A DNA stretch of 64,000 nucleotides from assembly GCA_051251855.1 (NCBI GenBank), contig JBPOGI010000001.1, forward strand, positions 1,024,001 to 1,088,000, given 5' to 3'. Under the pieces are notes generated by a model. The model worked only from the letters and a program-made list of their open reading frames with translations. It had not been told where the DNA came from and did no database searches. Each line of letters begins with the position of its first letter. The stretch's first letter is position 1. The translations under genes and the position numbers were made by a program. This document shows positions 56,887 through 64,000 of the stretch, piece by piece. The DNA comes from Roseibacillus sp. (GTDB lineage: Bacteria; Verrucomicrobiota; Verrucomicrobiia; Verrucomicrobiales; Akkermansiaceae).

Positions 56887-59800
56887 CTCGATACGGAAGC
56901 GGAAGAACTGTTTTGATTCTGCTGGGAGAGGGATTTCCAAACGATAGACATCGTTCCCGACATCGTTGGCTTCGGAACCGGATACTCTTTGAAATGAAAG
57001 AGCTAAGTCAGATTGGGTGAGAAGAGCGAAGCGAATGTCCTCACTATAAAGAGAGGGAAACTCAGTCTCCAGTTGCAGGTTGCCGTTCGAGAGCTTCGAG
57101 ATCACGATACAAGGAGGAGTGAGAGCAATAGCTGGGCCGGTTGGTGAGCTCCCATTGAGCGTTGGGTTGGTGTCTTCGAGGAGTTCTTGCAGATTGGAGT
57201 AACCATCACCATCGGCATCGTCAAAGGGGTCGGTTGGTTGCCCAAAGAAAAAGAGCTCCCACTCGTCATCAAGTGCATTAAAATTGCTATCAACAAACGA
57301 TGGTCGCGGAACGACAACAAGCTCGGCGGAAATGACATCAAGAGAATTACCCAGTTTTGCGGGAAGATGGTCACGATCAGTAAAGGCGTGGACTTCTAAC
57401 TCGGCACCCACGGGAAGAGGCTCTTGAAAGAGGTAGGGAGTGCCATCACTGCGGAAGAGTTCGTAGGGAGTGCCACCTGCGGTGAAGAGCAGAGGAATCT
57501 TCCCTTCCTGGAAGGAGTCCGGACCAACTGCAAGAGTGAGAGTCGTGGTGGGCCGAGCAGGGAAGGCAGCCATAAGTTGTACCAGAAGAGCGTCAGCTGC
57601 AGCAAACTCAGCTGCAGATAAAGTGATATCTTGTGCGTAGCCGACTCCATTCTCTGAACCTGGCAATGCAATCTGTCCGTCGATGGAGCTACTCGTTGCT
57701 TCTAGTTGAGCAATGACTCCTCGCAAAGTGTCGAAAGGGTTTGGATAAAGGCCCGGGGTCGAGTTGGGATCGACGAAGTCAGAGTAGAAGGCGATCTCCG
57801 AGGAGAGTTTTTTCATTGCTGTCACCTCTGGAGTTGCCGAGAGGATGAGGCCTTTGAGAATTCCAGCATACACGTCTTGCAGAAGATGCCCTGAGTCGGA
57901 GGGCGAAATCCAATCTTGCAGAGCTAAGAGCTCGTCTTTTCCAACTGAAAAGGGATGTCCTGCGGTTGCCTCGGCCAAGGGCGTAGGAATCTCGGCATCA
58001 CGAAAGGCGGTCAAACTCAGTTGGCTATTGAGGGGCAAAGTTTGACGGTCTTGCAGATACTCTTGTATGAGTCTTTCGAAGAGAAGAAAGGCGAGGCTAT
58101 CGTCGGGGGTGAGGCTTTCATCAATAGTTGACCGAGTAAGCGAGAGGTAGTGATTCTGCGCTGCGGAGAGCCAATCGGCAGCAGCGGTGGCTGTTGAGCT
58201 CACGCCGTCGTATGTGAAGTCAAACTCTCCCACTGTTTGATGAGGAACAGGAATGAGCGCAACGAGTTCGCGCCCATGGTCCGAAGTGACCACAGGCTGA
58301 ATGGGAAAGGTAGGACTCGTTGAAACGATGACGAACAAGTCGCGATCACTTGCAGGGACTTTTTCGAAAAGAGCGGTGGGATGAAGGTAGCCTGAGATGT
58401 TGCGAGTGACCTCATGGCCAAGAAGTGTTCCATCGAGCGCATGTAGATAGAGGTCAGCGGGGGATTCGGAAGCTCCATCCGGATAGGCGAGCCCAGGAGT
58501 GTTGAGGGCAGTCGGTGCAAAGGGTGTGACGGCGAGATCGAAGACGTTTTGAAGGTTGAGAGAGAGCGGGGTAGTAGGGGTGCTATTGATGTCGGCAGGG
58601 TCGGTTCCGAGGAGAAGTTCATATAAGTCATCGACGGCATCGAGGTCTGCGTCTTTGCCTGCGGTGGGGTCGAGTCCGTTGGCAATCTCAACAAAATCAG
58701 GAACACCATCGCCATCTGAGTCGAGGTTGCCGGGCTCCCCGTAGTATGAGTAGCTCGCTTGGTAGATCGGGGAGCGCCCGCCGCTCGCACTGGTGGCATA
58801 GTATTGCAGAGTGAATGGCGAGAGGGTGTCTCCCACTGCCTCAATGGCGGCACCCGGAGTGGCGCTTTGCCAATCACTATCACCTGCAAAGCGATAGAAG
58901 ACTGAGGTGCTTCCGTCTACGGTGCTGAGGACGGGCGAAACTTCAGTGGTGAACTTTCCAGGCAGTGGAGAGACCGATACTTGGGGGGGGAGCTGTCCGA
59001 CGAAAGTTTGCAAGCTCAAGAGAGAGACGGCGCCTTCGCTTTGATTACCGAGGACATGTGTCGGGCTGGTATCAGGACTGAGGGTGAGGGCACTGCCTGC
59101 GCTTAGACCTCCAGTCTCGGAAGTGAATGTTTCCGGAGTAACCATAACGTTGCCCCCAGATGTGATGCTGAGAGAGCTCGTCCAGTCTGGGACCTGAATG
59201 GTTTCAATCAGTTTAGCCCCTGGGTCGATGAGAGGTTCGCCGTCGTAGAGAAGGATATTGGTGAGAGCAACTTGGCTACCCACTGCTGGCAAGGGAGTGC
59301 TGCCAGTTTGCTTCCATTCATTACCATTGTGCTCGTAGTCCAAAGCAAGGTTAGCGGCATCACCGAAAGGTCCCGCAAGAAGTGACATCTTGTTGTCATT
59401 CAGTGCCACGAGACCAGTGAATCGCGAGTCCAAAGGTGCGACAAATCCTTGCCCAGCGATTGGAGCTCCGCCTGTCGTTAAAGTGTAGAGACGAGCATAT
59501 TCGAAACCATCATAGATAACGAGAAAGGAGCCTGAACCGAGTGGTGAGATGCTTGCGATGGGCGCTTCTAAAGTGTGAGAGACTTTGGCGAGGAGGCTGA
59601 GGCCATTGCTACGGCTCACTTGGAGAACAGGACTACCCTTCACATAGATAAGGACGTGTTGCAAAGGTGAACCGCTAAAGGAGCCTGCAAGAAACTCCGC
59701 GTTTTGAGGAACGTAGATGGTTTGTTTGTTCGAGAGGACGGTGTTGCTATTGTATACCCGAAGACGGGGGGAGGACCCTCTCAGCATGGCAGCGTAGAAC

Positions 59801-60396
59801 TGAGAGCCTCCTTCGGTATAGCGATAGCGCGTTCCTCTTTCAGCAACGAACACCGGATCGGCAGTGAGGACTTCGGAGGTGTCGCCAGAGAGGGATCGGA
59901 AGAGATGGCGTTGGTCTTCGTCGGGGGCATTGTTCTCACTGGTATGAACGACTAAGTCCATCAAAGCAGGGTCATTGCCTGCTACGGGGAGCTCTAACGC
60001 AGCTACTGAGCTGGGTGCAATGCCGCTGGGAAGGATTTGTTCCGTCGTGCTTGTCGCGGCAGAGAGAGAGGGTTCGACGAGGACCATCTGATTCGCGAGG
60101 CGACCAGCCAAGACGACAGCGTCTTTTCCTGCGACACGAATCGGCCCACAGGTCATGGCATCGACCGATGGGAGGCCACTAGGGCGGGTCTGACTCCATT
60201 GCACGCTGCCGTCAGGTTGCTGAAATGCGACACGATAAAGTCCGTTAGCTCGCTGGACGAAAATAGCATCGAGGTCACCATCGGCATCGAAGTCGCCATA
60301 GCCGGAGATTTCGGCAGGAGTAACGATCACTTGTCGCGAGTTGACAGCGTGAAGAATTCCGCAAGTCGCAAAGAGGAAGAGAAAAGGAGAGCGCAT
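56878..60396 (-). CDS. Large secreted protein with FG-GAP-like and DxDxDG calcium-binding repeats
   Basis: Signal peptide; GDFDADGDLD, DSDGDGVPDFVE...GLDP, DADGDGYSNLQE...TNP; C-terminal FFRFRIELE. Confidence 0.8.
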   Translation of the reverse strand: MRSPFLFLFATCGILHAVNSRQVIVTPAEISGYGDFDADGDLDAIFVQRANGLYRVAFQQPDGSVQWSQTRPSGLPSVDAMTCGPIRVAGKDAVVLAGRLANQMVLVEPSLSAATSTTEQILPSGIAPSSVAALELPVAGNDPALMDLVVHTSENNAPDEDQRHLFRSLSGDTSEVLTADPVFVAERGTRYRYTEGGSQFYAAMLRGSSPRLRVYNSNTVLSNKQTIYVPQNAEFLAGSFSGSPLQHVLIYVKGSPVLQVSRSNGLSLLAKVSHTLEAPIASISPLGSGSFLVIYDGFEYARLYTLTTGGAPIAGQGFVAPLDSRFTGLVALNDNKMSLLAGPFGDAANLALDYEHNGNEWKQTGSTPLPAVGSQVALTNILLYDGEPLIDPGAKLIETIQVPDWTSSLSITSGGNVMVTPETFTSETGGLSAGSALTLSPDTSPTHVLGNQSEGAVSLLSLQTFVGQLPPQVSVSPLPGKFTTEVSPVLSTVDGSTSVFYRFAGDSDWQSATPGAAIEAVGDTLSPFTLQYYATSASGGRSPIYQASYSYYGEPGNLDSDGDGVPDFVEIANGLDPTAGKDADLDAVDDLYELLLGTDPADINSTPTTPLSLNLQNVFDLAVTPFAPTALNTPGLAYPDGASESPADLYLHALDGTLLGHEVTRNISGYLHPTALFEKVPASDRDLFVIVSTSPTFPIQPVVTSDHGRELVALIPVPHQTVGEFDFTYDGVSSTATAAADWLSAAQNHYLSLTRSTIDESLTPDDSLAFLLFERLIQEYLQDRQTLPLNSQLSLTAFRDAEIPTPLAEATAGHPFSVGKDELLALQDWISPSDSGHLLQDVYAGILKGLILSATPEVTAMKKLSSEIAFYSDFVDPNSTPGLYPNPFDTLRGVIAQLEATSSSIDGQIALPGSENGVGYAQDITLSAAEFAAADALLVQLMAAFPARPTTTLTLAVGPDSFQEGKIPLLFTAGGTPYELFRSDGTPYLFQEPLPVGAELEVHAFTDRDHLPAKLGNSLDVISAELVVVPRPSFVDSNFNALDDEWELFFFGQPTDPFDDADGDGYSNLQELLEDTNPTLNGSSPTGPAIALTPPCIVISKLSNGNLQLETEFPSLYSEDIRFALLTQSDLALSFQRVSGSEANDVGNDVYRLEIPLPAESKQFFRFRIELE

Positions 60397-60417
60397 GATA
60401 TCGGAGTAGGGCTTGAG

Positions 60418-63400
60418 CTAATTTTGATAAAAAGGAATCGTGAGAGGGTTGGTCGGAATGGTGCGATCGACCTCACCATCCTCTCGAAAGCGAACGAGGA
60501 GATAAACATAGGTGTAGCCCTCGACCACGCCTTGAGAATCGATGAGATAGATCCCGAACTCTTTGGGTGACTCTGGGTCTTTGACGATGGTGATGAGAGG
60601 GTCTTGAATCTCGAGATAATCCTTTCCACTCTCGTTCACCTCATGGGTGCGGAGCTTTTCTAAAAGAGGAGCCACCTGCGCTACATCCCCAGAGACGAGA
60701 GGGAAAAAGGCATTGGGAACCTGATAACGATAGAGAGTGAAGGGGAGGAGAGACTCTCCTTCCTCGGTTGTGAATATATTATAACTGTAACCTGGGGAGT
60801 CTAAGATCCGGGAGGGGATGTGATTAATCCCGCCATCAGAGAGGATGCGACCTGACTCCACTTCACTTTCTTCCTCATAGTCGACGGAACCAATCTTAAT
60901 CATCGCCGCAGGATCGGTAAAGTTACCGACGTCAATCATCTGGGCCTTCACTTCGGGGATGAAGTCTTCGTCAATAGGAGGGAGCGAACGCGCAGGCCAG
61001 GGGACTTGGGGGCCTGTGGGTGGTCCAGACTCGGTCCAAGTAAAATTGACGATATTACTGGGTTCTCCGACGTCCCCCGCTGGGGACATGGACTTAACGT
61101 AGAACTGATATTCGCGACCTGGAAGAAGGTCGACGGTTAACTCGTATTGGCCAGGGAGGGCAGGATTCCCAAAGTTGCCTCCAACACGACCTGTTTTGAA
61201 ATCGTGATGCTGCACGCCATTGATGAGCTCTCCAGTTTGTCTTTCAACAGTCACCAAAGCTCCTCCATTAAACGGATTGATGTAGCTGAACGAAATGATA
61301 CGCGGGGCAAGTTCCGTTGAGTATTCCATCTCGATGGAGGAGAGGCCGTCACCGATACCCACGAGGAAGCGCTCCACCCCATTGGGTTCGCAACTCCACC
61401 GCAAGGTTCCTTGAGGAGAATTGGTGTCTCCGGCATGGTCCACTTGGGCGAGAAGGGGAGTGGGCATCTCGACTCGACTATGCATTCGAATGCAACGCAC
61501 AAGGCTCATGGGCGAAGGATTGCCGTGGCGATCGAAAAGCTGTAAAAAGTAACAGACTACTGAGGCATAGGCAGGGTGGTCATAGTCTGGGACGGTGACT
61601 TCGCTTCCGACAGGATCGACGATGCCTTGCTCAATCATGACTAGCGGCCCAGCGTCAATACGCTCGTAGAGTTTGTATTCTTGAGTTTCGGGAGTCGCGG
61701 TGAAGGTGAATTCAATCGGATTAGGATCTCCGTTGGGTTTGGTTGGATTATGGAAGCCCGACCCGCCACCAGAGACGTCAAAGGCTTCTTCGGTGATGAC
61801 TTCGACTTGGCAGACTTCGAAGCAAACTTGCAAGGCAATAGGAGGATCCATATTTGGGTAGTCGATCCCAGCAATAGAGAAGCGCTCGCAAACTTTTTTT
61901 CCTTGTTTGTTTTTGGCACAGATTTCCACCATCGCCTTAGAGTCTGGCTGGGTCTGTTTATAAGGCACAAAGTGATGGACATTGAGGTCGGTCGCCCCTG
62001 GTTTGAGCGCTCTTTGACCAATGACTTGTTCGCCAATCACGACGCCGTCATTAACGAGGATCAGCTTAACTTGCAGAGAGGCAATGCCGGGGTCGACCGC
62101 ATCAACTTTGAAGATGAGTGGGACACCTCCCTTTCGAGTGCCCGTAAAGAGGTCAAGCAAAGGCGTAAGTTGAGGAGTTGCCACCTCACCCACTTTTTTG
62201 ATTTCAGGACAAAGTTGAGAGGTCAGCACTGTTCCGCCAGCCTGAACAGGGCCTTGCCTATCACGCAGCACGCCCCAACCGGGAGCAGAATGCCCTGACG
62301 GCAGGTCCCCGCACGAGGTCTCCAAAACTGCTTTCACTGAATACCATACCGTGACGCCCGCTTGCGCAGGAAGAGCAGGGGCTCCTGTCCCACCATCGAG
62401 AAACTCATAGTCTTCCACACCACTCACATGCGGGATTTCACCAGAAACGAGATGGCCTGCTTCTATTGTAGAATGATTCACGGCGAGCTTCATCTCTTCG
62501 AGGCTATCCCAACGATAGACGAGGTAATGACTTGGCTCAGGAATTGATGGCGGAGGGGACCATGAGACGGCGAGACGGGTGCTGCCGCTATTAGTCGCAG
62601 TGTTGTAACTGTATTGATTTTCCACATCGACAGCCACAGGCACGAGAGGGGGATGGCGATGACAGAAGGTGACGATTGTTCCATCGGACACCGCTGCAGG
62701 ACGTCCAAGGATATCTAAGGTAGCAACGAAGTAATAGAGCTGCTGCCCATCTTGAAACGCTGGCTTGTTCTCCGCCTGCGCTTGGTTGTCGTCAAGGATG
62801 AAGTAAGGATCTGGGACGGGAGGGTCAGCACCAGGATAAAGCGGAATGGTAGCAGCCTGAGTGAGAGTAAGGAGTTGAGTCGGCAGGACTGGGAGAAGGT
62901 TGACCTGTTGAACAAGGCTAGACTGATTAACGAGATAGTTATTCAGCTGAGAAGGTGTTGGAGGGGTAGTGTTATGGTTGTTTGACTCCGCAAAAGTCTT
63001 TTCCATACGATAGACACCATATCCATAAGTGAGGGGCGTATCGCGTTTCAAGTTGTCGGGAACTCCCCAGCGTAGGGCGACGTTGAGGTGACCTTTAGGT
63101 GAGTCATCAGGAATGACAACGGGTGGCCCCGGCGCCGTGATGGGTGAGGGATTATTGCGGTCCAAAGTAATGCGACCGACGACTTGGGAAAATGCGGTTC
63201 CGGGAGTATTGCTTCCATCGGGTTGAGTGCGAACCTCGAAGGTCGAAACCGCGGAGGCCATGGGCACAAGCGCCCCAGTCCCCATGGCTACCGCGACAGC
63301 GGGTTCGGTCCGCGACAAAAAGTAGAGTCGATTGAAAAGCTCAGGTTCTTGCGCTGTAATTTGGAGGAGAGCCGACAGCTTATTTCCGAGTGAGAGACCT

Positions 63401-63780
63401 ACTGCCGGCATGACATCACCGAACAGTCCATCGAGGGTTTCATCGACCATAGCTTTATTTGCTAAAACGGGAGGGAGACTATCAATGCGCGCATCCAGAA
63501 AGACGGAACGGGTGGTCGGTTGCACGAGGGCGACTTGGGAAAAAGCATGACCCGAATTGGGCTGACCATTTTTACGATAGATTGCGTAGGTGCGCCCCTG
63601 AAGGAGAGATGTGTCCTGAGCCTGCCAGAGCAGCCAGGCATGGTTGCCATTCTCAACATAGGTGGTTCCAGCAAGAAAAAGGAGCGAGTCCTCGGGTGCT
63701 CGGTTCTGAGAAAAACTACTGCCTAAGCAACTCAACCAAGCGAGAAATATGTAAAAGACCTTCATGACCATTGCGTTCAC
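60418..63780 (-). CDS. Large secreted beta-sandwich (FN3-like) protein
   Basis: Signal peptide; repeated W..P...Y.VYR, YYFV..LD..G..S and L.PG..Y.F.V patterns typical of FN3-like modules. Confidence 0.7.
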   Translation of the reverse strand: MNAMVMKVFYIFLAWLSCLGSSFSQNRAPEDSLLFLAGTTYVENGNHAWLLWQAQDTSLLQGRTYAIYRKNGQPNSGHAFSQVALVQPTTRSVFLDARIDSLPPVLANKAMVDETLDGLFGDVMPAVGLSLGNKLSALLQITAQEPELFNRLYFLSRTEPAVAVAMGTGALVPMASAVSTFEVRTQPDGSNTPGTAFSQVVGRITLDRNNPSPITAPGPPVVIPDDSPKGHLNVALRWGVPDNLKRDTPLTYGYGVYRMEKTFAESNNHNTTPPTPSQLNNYLVNQSSLVQQVNLLPVLPTQLLTLTQAATIPLYPGADPPVPDPYFILDDNQAQAENKPAFQDGQQLYYFVATLDILGRPAAVSDGTIVTFCHRHPPLVPVAVDVENQYSYNTATNSGSTRLAVSWSPPPSIPEPSHYLVYRWDSLEEMKLAVNHSTIEAGHLVSGEIPHVSGVEDYEFLDGGTGAPALPAQAGVTVWYSVKAVLETSCGDLPSGHSAPGWGVLRDRQGPVQAGGTVLTSQLCPEIKKVGEVATPQLTPLLDLFTGTRKGGVPLIFKVDAVDPGIASLQVKLILVNDGVVIGEQVIGQRALKPGATDLNVHHFVPYKQTQPDSKAMVEICAKNKQGKKVCERFSIAGIDYPNMDPPIALQVCFEVCQVEVITEEAFDVSGGGSGFHNPTKPNGDPNPIEFTFTATPETQEYKLYERIDAGPLVMIEQGIVDPVGSEVTVPDYDHPAYASVVCYFLQLFDRHGNPSPMSLVRCIRMHSRVEMPTPLLAQVDHAGDTNSPQGTLRWSCEPNGVERFLVGIGDGLSSIEMEYSTELAPRIISFSYINPFNGGALVTVERQTGELINGVQHHDFKTGRVGGNFGNPALPGQYELTVDLLPGREYQFYVKSMSPAGDVGEPSNIVNFTWTESGPPTGPQVPWPARSLPPIDEDFIPEVKAQMIDVGNFTDPAAMIKIGSVDYEEESEVESGRILSDGGINHIPSRILDSPGYSYNIFTTEEGESLLPFTLYRYQVPNAFFPLVSGDVAQVAPLLEKLRTHEVNESGKDYLEIQDPLITIVKDPESPKEFGIYLIDSQGVVEGYTYVYLLVRFREDGEVDRTIPTNPLTIPFYQN

Positions 63781-63862
63781 TAGGGCTTACCCGTTTGAAT
63801 CTCCGGTCTGACAGTCAGGAGTGAGAAAGTTGAGAAAAGCGACGATTCCTCGACTTCAGCCG

Positions 63863-64000
63863 TCAATATACCTGGGCCTCAACCCCTGCGGGCAGAGCCG
63901 TAATAAGCTCAAGCTCCAAAGAAACAATCGTCGCCCAAGCATCGGCAGTAGTGGCATCTGGAGCCGAAACTACAACGGTGCGCAGGGCAGGGGGGCTTTG
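63863..64000 (-). CDS. ApbE family FAD:protein FMN transferase, 3' end only
   Basis: Manual translation QSPPALRTVVVSAPDATTADAWATIVSLE...QVY*, matching the ApbE C-terminal V.A..A..ADA.AT motif. Confidence 0.7.
   Translation of the reverse strand, partial: QSPPALRTVVVSAPDATTADAWATIVSLELELITALPAGVEAQVY

Noticed and set aside
1..64000. Genome-wide reassignment of UGA (genetic code 4 or 25)
   Set aside because: Conserved genes such as purE, purK, mutL and the ATP-grasp gene end at TGA at their expected C-termini, and several ATGA stop/start overlaps exist, so any read-through must be site-specific.

Overview
A 64-kb gene-dense bacterial chromosomal segment, most likely Verrucomicrobiota (inferred from DUF1552, the sulfatase, large secreted proteins with an FFRFRIELE-type C-terminus and a MoxR/Bat-like operon). 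It is mostly housekeeping: sdhCAB, purEK, a pncB-nadE-Nudix NAD salvage operon with an NrtR-type box, mutL, dnaA-dnaN, ExbB/ExbD-TPR, uvrC, DsbD, pyrD, tRNA-Glu and transporters. No integrase, transposase, prophage or CRISPR array was seen. The most striking signal is two unrelated hypothetical genes, 18 kb apart, each interrupted by an in-frame UGA. Each UGA is followed by the same CAA-GGC codons, a 6-bp stem capped by a GGUC loop at bacterial SECIS distance, and a clean in-frame continuation. In the MoxR-VWA operon gene, read-through creates a U-x-x-C motif and shrinks an otherwise anomalous gap in a tightly coupled operon. Both are candidate unannotated selenoproteins or UGA-recoded genes; the sel machinery is not in this window and must be checked. 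Other notable items: a POT transporter carrying a GspG-like inserted loop, a BlaI regulator fused to a histone-H1-like tail, a MutL with a degenerate endonuclease motif, a ~155-nt rod-like hairpin after dnaN, REP-like palindromes overlapping gene ends, and no apparent GC-skew switch at dnaA.
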